This document shows positions 31,350-41,869 of a DNA stretch of 41,869 nt, piece by piece. The position numbers were made by a program, and so were the translations under genes. The notes under the pieces are model-generated. The model was not told the origin of the DNA. It did not search any database and saw nothing but the letters and a program-made list of their open reading frames with translations. The stretch comes from Nemertoderma westbladi (Eukaryota > Animalia > Xenacoelomorpha). Position 1 is the first letter of the stretch; every line of letters starts with the position of its first letter. The stretch lies in the NCBI GenBank assembly GCA_032718475.1, contig JAUCBJ010002509.1, positions 1-41,869 of the forward strand. Direction: 5' to 3'.

Positions 31350-34190
31350 GTGGGGCGAGCCACGAAGTTGGCGGAGCCTTAGCGAATTGACACTGTTAGG
31401 GGGTGGGTCAATTTATGCAAATAGTTGTCGTCGTCGTCGTCGTTACGATTTTGACATGCTAATAACTTTGTCCGATTTAAAGCTGCCAAGTTGAAAATTT
31501 GTAGGTATCAATATGAGCAAAAGTTGAGATTTTTGATAGACTTTCAGACACCATCAGTGCAATGGTCTCCCGCTAGAGGGCCACATGTCTAAACATTAAA
31601 TGCCCTCCCATTTCTTTGCTTTTAATCCGTTTAAGCTGAAACTTGGCAGATATGTATTAGACCATTAGCTGTGACTTTCAAAGGAGGCGAATCCATCTGC
31701 AGTTCTCCAGTCTGCCGCTAGAGGGCCAAAGGTCTGAAAGTGAAATCGTTGTCGTCGTTACGATTTTGACATGCTAATAACTTTGTCGGATTTAAAGCTG
31801 CCAAGTTGAAAATTTGTAGGTATCAATATGAGCTAAAGTTGAGATTTTTGAGAGACTTTCAGACACCATCAGTGCAATGGTCTCCCGCTAGAGGGCCACA
31901 TGTCTAAACATTAAATGCCCTCCCGTTTCTTTGCTTTTAATCCGTTTAAGCTGAAACTTGGCAGATATGTATTAGACCATTAGCTGTGACTTTCAAAGGA
32001 GGCGAATCCATCTGCAGTTCTCCAGTCTGCCGCTAGAGGGCCAAAGGTCTGAAAGTGAAATCGTTGTCGTCGTTACGATTTTGACATGCTAATAACTTTG
32101 TCGGATTTAAAGCTGCCAAGTTGAAAATTTGTAGGTATCAATATGAGCAAAAGTTGAGATTTTTGAGAGACTTTCAGACACCATCAGTGCAATGGTCTCC
32201 CGCTAGAGGGCCACATGTCTAAACATTAAATGCCCTCCCATTTCTTTGCTTTTAATCCGTTTAAGCTGAAACTTGGCAGATATGTATTAGACCATTAGCT
32301 GTGACTTTCAAAGGAGGCGAATCCATCTGCAGTTCTCCAGTCTGCCGCTAGAGGGCCAAAGGTCTGAAAGTGAAATCGTTGTCGTCGTTACGATTTTGAC
32401 ATGCTAATAACTTTGTCGGATTTAAAGCTGCCAAGTTGAAAATTTGTAGGTATCAATATGAGCTAAAGTTGAGATTTTTGAGAGACTTTCAGACACCATC
32501 AGTGCAATGGTCTCCCGCTAGAGGGCCACATGTCTAAACATTAAATGCCCTCCCATTTCTTTGCTTTTAATCCGTTTAAGCTGAAACTTGGCAGATATGT
32601 ATTAGACCATTAGCTGTGACTTTCAAAGGAGGCGAATCAATCTGCAGTTCTCCAGTCTGCCGCTAGAGGGCCAAAGGTCTGAAAGTGAAATCGTTGTCGT
32701 CGTTACGATTTTGACATGCTAATAACTTTGTCGGATTTAAAGCTGCCAAGTTGAAAATTTGTAGGTATCAATATGAGCAAAAGTTGAGATTTTTGAGAGA
32801 CTTTCAGACACCATCAGTGCAATGGTCTCCCGCTAGAGGGCCACATGTCTAAACATTAAATGCCCTCCCATTTCTTTGCTTTTAATCCGTTTAAGCTGAA
32901 ACTTGGCAGATATGTATTAGACCATTAGCTGTGACTTTCAAAGGAGGCGAATCCATCTGCAGTTCTCCAGTCTGCCGCTAGAGGGCCAAAGGTCTGAAAG
33001 TGAAATCGTTGTCGTCGTTACGATTTTGACATGCTAATAACTTTGTCGGATTTAAAGCTGCCAAGTTGAAAATTTGTAGGTATCAATATGAGCTAAAGTT
33101 GAGATTTTTGAGAGACTTTCAGACACCATCAGTGCAATGGTCTCCCGCTAGAGGGCCACATGTCTAAACATTAAATGCCCTCCCATTTCTTTGCTTTTAA
33201 TCCGTTTAAGCTGAAACTTGGCAGATATGTATTAGACCATTAGCTGTGACTTTCAAAGGAGGCGAATCCATCTGCAGTTCTCCAGTCTGCCGCTAGAGGG
33301 CCAAAGGTCTGAAAGTGAAATCGTTGTCGTCGTTACGATTTTGACATGCTAATAACTTTGTCGGATTTAAAGCTGCCAAGTTGAAAATTTGTAGGTATCA
33401 ATATGAGCTAAAGTTGAGATTTTTGAGAGACTTTCAGACACCATCAGTGCAATGGTCTCCCGCTAGAGGGCCACATGTCTAAACATTAAATGCCCTCCCA
33501 TTTCTTTACTTTTAATCCGTTTAAGCTGAAACTTGGCAGATATGTATTAGACCATTAGCTGTGACTTTCAAAGGAGGCGAATCCATCTGCAGTTCTCCAG
33601 TCTGCCGCTAGAGGGCCAAATGTCTGAAAGTGAAATCGTTGTCGTCGTTATGATATTGACATGCTTATAACTTTGTCGAATTTAAAGCTGCCAAGTTGAA
33701 AATTTGTTTTGTTGAAAATCAGTTCAACAGTCACCCGCTATAGGACTACTTTATGCCTGAAAGTGAATAGATTCTCCCGTCTCATTGATTTTAATCAGTT
33801 TAAGCTGAATCTTGCCATATATTCTGGACCACATGCTGCGTCTTTGTGGGGGGGGGGGGGGGGGGGGGGGAGATTTAATTGGTCTGCCGCTATACGACGA
33901 AATTTCTGAAAGTGAGATCCGTCTCTCATTTCGTTATCCGTTATTCAAGATGAAACTTGGCCGATGTACGTATGTACTATTCATCCATAGGCTGTGTCTT
34001 TGTGGGGCTGGAGACCCTAATCCATCTTCAGTTCTCACTATACCGCTAGAGTCAGAAATGTCTGAATAGAAATGAAAGAGGTAAAAAGTGATTAGGCGAA
34101 ATCTGCTTAAAATTTGCTAATACAGTAATACTTTCGAATTAGTACTTAAATTAAATTTAAGTCACGTGCTGCGCGAAGGCCCCACTTCGT
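31350..34190 (+). mobile_element. Same family, long copy with internal satellite
   Basis: Absent from the paralog (cagtt|gtcctt). Same 5' arm and same 3' end cgtgctgcgcgaaggccccacttcgt. Confidence 0.8.
31442..33646 (+). repeat. 7 x 315-bp near-identical tandem array, followed by a diverged unit to ~34070
   Basis: gttacgattttgac at 31442, 31757, 32072, 32387, 32702, 33017 and 33332; diverged start at 33647. Confidence 0.97.
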
Positions 34191-34623
34191 GTCCTTAATG
34201 TAAACTGATAATATTGATATACACAAATAACAGCTGAATTACTTTATTCAATGGTTATAGTTATAGGGTACACATACTATTTTACATACTGTTTTAGGGA
34301 TGTCATTCTCTCTGTTGCGATTACAATGTAACATTTATGGTTAAATCTAATTCATTGAATTTGAACTTAAGAAAGATTTTGGTTACATTTAATTAATTTG
34401 ATTATTAAAATAAAATAAATAATAATTTTAGTTAATCATTCAATAACGGAATATAAGACAAGGGAAGTACAAATAAATAAATAAATATTCAGCTCGAGTA
34501 TTGGTAACAGGTGTTAATCAACATTATCTATCAGCTAATATCTGCTGCATATCAGCTCAACCCATATTATTTTAATTAAGTGAAATCATCGTAAATGAAC
34601 ATAAATTGGACAATGCTGTGGAG

Positions 34624-35289
34624 CAAGGACTACTGAAGCAAGGACTGGCATACGAGAAATCCAGACTTCGCTAGCGAAGGCCTTGTTGTTTATGTTACCT
34701 GTAACCAATTTGAATGATAAACATAGATATTCTGGGGTAATTTGGTGTAACAGTTGGTTGCAACGACCCAACCGGGAACCGACTACCTTGAGGTGCGGAA
34801 CATCCTCGGTAAACTCTCGTCAGTCTGTCAGTGGGTGATACAGATGGCCGTTTTCTACCCTTCACCCTTAGACTGTTAGAGAAAGGCGAACCATAATAGT
34901 GTGTCATCCTGTTACCGGCAATTCAGTTACTAATAATCAAATTAATAGTTACGGTCTGACGGTTGTGTGTGCCGAAATGTCGTTGGTACGTGCTTGGGCT
35001 ACGCCACTTCGGAGGATTACTTGAACTATGCCTATACCATATACCAGTATATACAGCTACCGGCTGACCGGTACTCTACATTATTAAGAAACATTAAAAT
35101 ATAGAAAGCAATACATGAATGCAACAGGTAATTGAAAAACTAATATTAAGAAATAGATTCTACATAATTTTTTACCCCAGAGATGTGTATGTTTATCATT
35201 GAAACTGGTTACCAGTAACATAAACAACATGGCCTTCGCTAGCGAAGCCTGAATTTACCGTGTGCCAGTCCTTGCTTCAGTAGTCCTTG
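34624..35289. mobile_element. MITE with ~115-bp TIRs, P-element-like, copy 1
   Basis: CAAGGACTACTGAAGCAAGGACTGGCA...TGCCAGTCCTTGCTTCAGTAGTCCTTG; flanks CTGTGGAG and CTGTGGAA (7/8 TSD); palindrome CTTCGCTAGCGAAG in each TIR. Confidence 0.8.
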
Positions 35290-35484
35290 CTGTGGAATAT
35301 AAGAACCCTTGTTAATGGACGAACGTTGAAACACAGGTCAGATAGAAGTGGTCTGTAAATGTTTCAGTATACCGGTATAACTTCAGTACAGTCGTCTGAT
35401 CAAGGCTGCAGCACAAAACAAGCTGGCAAGCCTGGCGGGTTCACGGTCCTACTTATCAGAACAAAACACACAGTACAGCAGAAC

Positions 35485-36231
35485 GGTACATGCTAAAAAG
35501 TAGAATGAGCTAGAATGATCTAGAATGACCTAGAATGAGCTAGAATGACCTAAGAATCACCTAGAATGAGCTATGAGAAGATGATAGAATGCAAGAATGA
35601 TCTAGAATTATCTAGAATGACATAAGCATCACCTAGAACGAACTCTGTTGAGATGATAAAATGCAATACCGACCTATACCAAGCTATAACAAGATCAGAC
35701 GCCTAGAATGGGGTATGAGTATATGATAGAATGCAATACCGACCTATACCGAGCTATTACAAGATAAAAATCACCTAGAATGAGCTATTATTAGTAGTAA
35801 TACTATTATTTGTAGTAATATGCTCGCTTAGAAGAATGCTGCTTACTACCTGGTTTATGTCCGGCACTAATAGGCTTCCGGTATGTAGTTTCCAAAACCG
35901 AAGCGCTGTAACTAAAGAACTTATCCACTACTTGCTCTTTACTAGAAATCGCCATACTACGACATATTGCTGGCTCTCGAAAAAACGATTTATATCCCTG
36001 ACTCAAACGACTCGATTCTTATCTTGTTACAGCTCGGTATAGGTCGGTATTGCATTTTATCATCTCAACAGAGTTCGTTCTAGGTGATTCTTATGTCATT
36101 CTAGATAATTCTAGATCATTCTCGCATTCTATCATCTTCTCATAGCTCATTCTAGGTGATTCTTAGGTCATTCTAGCTCATTCTAGGTCATTCTAGATCA
36201 TTCTAGCTCATTCTACTTTTTAGCATGTACC
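35485..36231. mobile_element. Foldback/MULE-type non-autonomous element
   Basis: ~210-bp near-perfect TIRs starting GGTACATGCT and built of CTAGAATGAN 10-mers; exact 9-bp TSD CAGCAGAAC at 35476-35484 and 36232-36240. Confidence 0.9.
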
Positions 36232-36959
36232 CAGCAGAACAGCATTACTGTAGTACAGCTATAGTATTGGCATACCGGCTGACAAGCAGACCGGTAACGA
36301 CTACTTCTACGAAATTCAAATTTCCCGCCGTTTACCCTAATAATAGCGCTCGCATTGCATATAATATCATCTCAAACCCCGATTTTATGTATGAGCCGTC
36401 GTCATGCCTATATCTAACGCTTCTCCAAATTTCGTTTCAATTGTTTCTTAAATAACGGAGATATCGCTCTGGACACACACACAACCACGGTAATAATGGT
36501 CTCTTATATCAATAGGACCGTGAACCAAACCAATACAGTCCTTCTGTATAACACTTCAGGCCATTGCTTACTAATCTATGAAGCTAAAATGTCCCCTACC
36601 ACTAGGCCCTTCTACTTAAACTACGAACCGCCACCAGGAAACACTAATTCCCTAAGGAGAGATAAATTGACCGTCGTTATAAAACTTAGAGTTCGTGAGG
36701 TCAGTAATTGCTGATTCATCGGCAATGCAGCCTATTCCCTGTACAGAAATGTAATGGAATTTTCAAAGCCACGATAATTGGATCGCAAAAAGGCGAAAAG
36801 AAAGATTAGACAGCCGAGTTGAAGTATTCCAGTGCAGATGAGATGGGGCGAGCCAAGAGAGTTGAAGCATTCCAGATGGAGATGGAGTTTTCTTTTACAG
36901 ATGGAGTCGGGGGTTTTACGTGTAATTTTAAGCGAAATTTATCAGAAATATCAAAATGG

Positions 36960-37181
36960 GAGACAGTGGGGGAAACTGGACGCAAATCAAATCTCCGCAA
37001 ATTAATATCCCGCCCCAAAGTTAAATTGGCAATTTAAGGAAAAGAGCAGGTTACAGTGACACGTTATTTTAACCAAAACAATAAACTAAACACAATAGAA
37101 CAGGTTACAGTTCTATTTTTGGGAGTAATCAGCTGTTATTTACGTTGAATTTATCCTGGAGAGGGATCGTTTTTTATTGCG
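36960..37181 (+). mobile_element. hAT-like MITE, copy B (right TIR mostly lost)
   Basis: Colinear with 12359-12613 from gagacagtgggggaaactggacgcaaa to tttttattgcg. Confidence 0.8.
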
Positions 37182-38094
37182 AATATTAGTTAAGTGTTCT
37201 ATACAAAGTTTAACCAAAATGCTTTTTTTATTATTTTTATGTTAAAATTGCCACAGAGACTTCGTTTAATACTGTATTACAGTATTTATTTTCACACCTC
37301 ACTGCTACCGCTACCTCTAAAATAGTATGTCCTACAGAGATAATATATCGACTGGACTCAGAACCGTAGCATAAAAAGTTATTAGCGTCGCATAAAATAA
37401 CCCGCCCCTATTATCTATCGCGTTCCATTTTAACATAAAATACTGAGTTATAATATTTCAAATTTAAAATAAATAGTAACGGGAGAATCTTTTTGACTCA
37501 TTAATTCAAGATATAATATATATTAATTAATTAATTTAAGATATAAATGTTTGAAAAATAACTAAATTATCTACAACAGTTCCGTAAGTAAGTAATAATA
37601 TTATTGAATAATTTTGAATATATAATGAATATTATAATATCAATCATTATGAGTTCTACAGTTAATTTATTTTTTATTGCTTGGTGCCAGACAGTATGAA
37701 GTCAGTCTGGGTGTCAAAGAATTACAAGACACAACTCACCAGGAAACAGGGTCACAAGTATGTAATGTGATGCGAACAAACTACTTAACTTGCACTAATG
37801 TAGGCCAAAAAGGAATCAGCCAATTACATAATAGGAAAGGATGCAACAGTGTCAAGAGAAGGAGAACTGTCTTCTTATTGGGCGAAAAGGGAATTGGTTG
37901 AAAATAATACAACAAATGGGGATGTCTCAAGGTTGGATTTTTATAGCGAGACATTGATTAGTGGGTATGGTGGGTGTGTTGGGTTGGGTGGGTGGAGGGG
38001 AGGGGGGCATGGAAGGTGTGGCACCCCAGAAGGCTCTAAGGAACCCCTGACAGTCTCAACAACCTTATCGCCCACGCGTTTGTAAACGGGTTTT

Positions 38095-38660
38095 AGAGAG
38101 ATGGATTTCTCTGGTGGAATTATAATTACTTTCCCTCATAGTCTCTCAACAGGATCCCTGATGCTATTTAAATATAATTATGCTTTGCAGCAATCGAGAT
38201 TTCGCGAAGAGATCCACGGGTTGCCCTTATTTGGGGCTGGGACCAACGTATTTGTTTTAAGTTCTTGAGTTATGAGTTCTTTGTCCTATACAATACATGT
38301 CGACAATAATGGGGTGAAGAGCTCAAAACACTCCGGAATAATAAAGACCTCAGGGGGCACGTCATCTACTCCACTGGCACGATTCAGATACACGATGTAC
38401 CTCAAAGTTATCAGGCAATACCCTGTCATTGTTTAGAAGCTTCTCAAAGTGGGCCTTCCAACCGCTGAGGAGTTCAGCTGGAGATTCAGCCTTAACCTTG
38501 GTTTGGTTGGTTGGCTTTTCCTCCCGGTGATTGCCATGCCTGTGCTGATTGCTTGCTATCATCGAGCATTGTTAATGGCATCAACCTGCTTATTGATAAG
38601 CTCCTTCGGATTATCAGAGTACTGCCTGTTAAGAGGACCTAGGTGCAGCCTTAACTGCAT
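38095..38660 (-). pseudogene. Degenerate RTE fragment, same family as 22630-24635
   Basis: KVKAESPAELLSGWKAHFEKLLNNDRVLPDNF matches KVKAESPADRLNGWKAHFEKLLNNDRVLPDNF; contains deletions and frameshifts. Confidence 0.88.
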
Positions 38661-38847
38661 CCTTGGCTGTCCTAGTGTGCCTGAGTCGGCGGGACTCATT
38701 CTGTGCCTTAGAGAGGGAGGTCATTTCGAGGTCATAACAGCAGCACGACTGAAGAAAGAGGACAGAGGCGGGGAAACTAAAACAGTTATGTATAAATAAT
38801 ATGTAAATAAAGGCCAGCGATAAAACTTTAAATTTCATAGTGATAAC

Positions 38848-38888
38848 TGCAGACGTTTCGGTTTAATACTTAAACCATTCTCAATGCA
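38848..38888 (-). ncRNA. Penelope-type hammerhead-like motif (variant core)
   Basis: tgca-TTGAGAAT-ggtttaa gta ttaaacc-GAAA-cgtc-tgca; 7-bp stem II, 4-bp stem I. Confidence 0.55.
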
Positions 38889-39706
38889 CAAATAATAAAT
38901 AAAACTTAGTATTACAACGGGCAAACAAGGCCTACAATAAATTTACCGATAAAAATAGCACGACAGTACCGTAGCTACCAAGGGAGGGGGGGGGGGGGGG
39001 CTATACATCAGCCTATACATTTTTTAACTAATAAGTCACTATTATTCCAGAACCTGTTATAGATTCATATTATAATAGGCAAAGGAAATGGTAACAGTTT
39101 AGTGGGCCAGTATTATTGAGCATCGCAGGTTATTCAAATCATAGGCTTGCCCTGAGCAGCCTGCACTATTCCAATTATAATAATATCTTTGATGTTTGGT
39201 GGATTTTCAATAGAATTAACCCGTTGAATATTTTATTAAATTCTTCAATAGAATTAATTCAAAACATGAAAGAGAAGCGATTTAGATTGTTAACTATTGC
39301 CGTCTAGACTAATTGATTATTCCAGGGTATGTTTTTGAATTTAATTATTTAATCTGATCGGTAATAATTCATTGCTTGCTGAAATAATTTAATTATTTAT
39401 ATAATTTTTATTTACATTTATATTGTGAAAATAAATGTCACTCTACTGACTCGAAATCTCGGGAAAATTCAATTTTGTTTACTTCTTTGAATATCATTCA
39501 ATTATTACTGTCATATAAACCCAGTGGTGGATGGATGGTTGTTGGGCTGGAGGAATTTGGAATGAAAATTAACACAACTATAGAAATAACCGTAATTAAA
39601 GGATTTGTCAGGATAGAAACCTGAAAAGGAGATAAAAATCACGATTTGTTACACAAAAGTTACTACAATAAAGTACAACAACTATAAGGAGGAGATCATG
39701 GTATGG

Positions 39707-39951
39707 CAGATGGGGGGGTGGAACTGGACGCAATAAAAATTCATCCCTCTCCAGGGGAAATTCGACGCAAATAACAGCTGATTACTCTCTAAAATAAAAT
39801 TGTAACCTGTTCTATTGTGTTTAGTTTATTGTTTTGGTTAAAATAACGTGCCACTGTAAACCTGCTCCTTTCCCTAAATTGATAATTTAACATTGAGGCG
39901 GGATATTAATTCGCCAAGATATGATTTGCGTCCAGTTTCCCCCCCTGTCTC
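39707..39951 (-). mobile_element. hAT-like MITE, copy C (inverted)
   Basis: Reverse complement of copy A; TSD TGGTATGG at 39699-39706 and 39952-39959. Confidence 0.88.
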
Positions 39952-40057
39952 TGGTATGGAGGTAAACATGGCATTGAATAAAATAATGTGTATATAATAC
40001 GATTTTTGTTTAGAAGTTTGAAAAATGAGGAAGCACGTCACCGGGGGTTGAACCAGG

Positions 40058-40097
40058 GCTATACGTACGTTTCGGCGTATCAGGCCTCTTCAGTAGC
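40058..40097 (-). ncRNA. Minimal type I hammerhead ribozyme, Penelope-type
   Basis: gcta-CTGAAGA-ggc ctgatac gcc-GAAA-cgtacg-TA-tagc: full core, stems I and II, palindromic ACGTACGT stem III. Confidence 0.75.
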
Positions 40098-40603
40098 GCA
40101 ACAGTTCAACCACCAACCACCTGACACGGTCTTGCATATTTAGACTATTTATATATCGACCTTAAGTACTGTACAGTAAGTATGTTAGTGTAAAACAGGA
40201 GGTGTAGGCCTAATGATTATTGTGCTGGCGCAACTGACAATCAGCATCTATATTTACCACAATATTGTTTAGAGAGAGAGAATTCCCATTTTACAGTTGT
40301 CCTTAATGCGAACTGATAATAATTGATATACACAAATAACAGCTGAATTACTTTATTCATTGGTTACAGGGTACACATACTATTTTACATACTGTTTTAG
40401 GGATGTCATTCTTTCTGTTGCGATTACAATTTAACATTTATGGTTAAATTTAATTCATTGAATTTGAACTTAAGAAAGATTTTGGTTACATTTAATTAAT
40501 TTGAATATTAAAATAAAATAAATAATTATTTTATTTAATCATTCAATAACGGAATATAAGACGAGGGAAGTACAAATAAATAAATCAATATTCAGCTCGA
40601 GTA

Positions 40604-40867
40604 TTGGTAACAGGTGTTAATCAACATTATCTATCAGCTAATATCTGTTGGTAACAGGTGTTAATCAACATTATCTATCAGCTAATATCTGTTGGTAACA
40701 GGTGTTAATCAACATTATCTATCAGCTAATATCTGTTGGTAACAGGTGTTAATCAACATTATCTATCAGCTAATATCTGTTGGTAACAGGTGTTAATCAA
40801 CATTATCTATCAGCTAATATCTGTTGGTAACAGGTGTTAATCAACATTATCTATCAGCTAATATCTG
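40604..40867. repeat. 6 x 44-bp perfect tandem repeat
   Basis: ttggtaacaggtgttaatcaacattatctatcagctaatatctg at 40604, 40648, 40692, 40736, 40780 and 40824; single copy at 34501-34544. Confidence 0.97.
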
Positions 40868-40942
40868 CTGCATATCAGCTCAACCCAAATTATTTTAAGT
40901 GAAATCATCGTAAATGAGCATAAATTGGACAATGCTGTGGAG

Positions 40943-41618
40943 CAAGGACCACTGAAGCAAGGACTGGCATACGAGAAATCCAGACTTCGCTAGCGAAGGC
41001 CTTGTTGTTTATGTTACCTGTCACCAATTTGAATGATAAACATAGACATTCTGGGGTAATTTGGTGTATCAGTTGGTTGCAACGACCCAACCGGGAACCG
41101 ACTACCTTGAGGTGCGGAACATCCTCGGTAAACTCTCGCCAGTCTGTCAGTGGGTGATACAGATGACCGTTTTCTACCCTTCACCCTTAGACTGTTAGAG
41201 AAAGGCGAACCATCATAGTGTGTCATCCTGTCATCATCGCCGAGTCGCATTGGCAATGCGGCAATCCAGTTACTAATAATCAAATTAATAGTTACGGTCT
41301 GACGGTTGTGTGCCGAAATGTCGTTGGTACGTGCTTGGCCTACGCCACTTCGGATGACGTATACCTGTACTATGCACTACTGCACTATACCAGCTACCAG
41401 GTACTCTACATTATTAAGAAACATTAAAATATAGAAAGCAATACATGAATGCAACAGGTAATTGAAAAACTAATACAAGAAATAGATTCTACATAATTTT
41501 TTACCCCAGAAATGTGTATGTTTATCATTGAAACTGGTTACCGGTAACATAAACAACATGGCCTTCGCTAGCGAAGTCTGGATTTACCGTGTGCCAGTCC
41601 TTGCTTCAGTAGTCCTTG
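40943..41618. mobile_element. P-like MITE, copy 2 (part of the duplication)
   Basis: Same TIRs and same flanks as 34624-35289. Confidence 0.8.
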
Positions 41619-41869
41619 CTGTGGAATATAAGAACCCTTGTTAATGGACGAACGTTGAAACACAGGTCAGATATAAGTGGTCTGTAAAAGTTTCAGTATA
41701 GCCTACCGGTATAACTTCAGTACAGTCGTCTTCCTTGGGAGAAGGAGGTGTGAGGCGGGGCGGGTGGGGGTAGCCAAACCAAAACTGGCGTTTGATGAAC
41801 TAATCAAAGAACAGTATGTCTCTGTCGTACATGATCAAGGCTGCAGCACAAAACAAGCTGGCAAGCCTG

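Larger units (their letters stand above)
30470..35434 (+). repeat. Local duplication, copy 1 (with two insertions)
   Basis: Colinear with 39962-41869 from gtaaacatggcattgaat to gcaagcctg once 30701-31219 and 31350-34190 are removed. Confidence 0.92.
39962..41869 (+). repeat. Local duplication, copy 2 (runs off the window)
   Basis: Paralog of 30470-35434; has a private 44-bp expansion and ~100 extra bp at 41731-41831. Confidence 0.92.

Noticed and set aside
31442-33646. 315-bp array (and the 44-bp array at 40604-40867) as CRISPR-like
   Set aside because: No unique spacers, no cas genes, eukaryotic context; plain tandem repeats.
34586-34907. ORFs apparently conserved with 40905-41283
   Set aside because: Similarity is explained by the recent duplication; they overlap MITE TIR sequence.
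34956-34982. CTGACGG...GAAATGTC as another hammerhead
   Set aside because: Core deviates from CUGANGA, and no convincing stems I or II.
36806-38085. Short ORFs at 36806-37037 and 37677-38085
   Set aside because: They run into MITE or low-complexity sequence and show no motifs.

Overview
AT-rich eukaryotic (animal, probably invertebrate) DNA made mostly of transposable elements. Bases 1-12.1 kb hold two diverged, head-to-tail BEL/Pao-derived units on the minus strand. Each has a ~3.3 kb conserved non-coding leader/LTR with covarying hairpins, followed by a long open gag ORF. The complete copy (1361 aa) keeps Gag and protease but has lost RT, most of RNase H and integrase without breaking frame. 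Bases 12.8-16.7 kb carry three short co-oriented orphan genes (a PPPY peptide, a PH-domain gene, a PH/Tubby-like ORF). Then come RTE fragments, a truncated Mag-like Gypsy element, a 5'-truncated RTE with intact RT, and an L2-type LINE whose ORF2 has a coding 30-bp VNTR between endonuclease and RT. Bases 30.5-41.9 kb contain a local duplication whose second copy shows the empty sites of two Helentron/HINE-like insertions; one insertion holds a 7 x 315 bp array with two CTCF-consensus motifs per unit. hAT-, P- and MULE-like MITEs with TSDs and three Penelope-type minimal hammerhead motifs are also present. All family calls come from motif recognition by eye; no database search was run.
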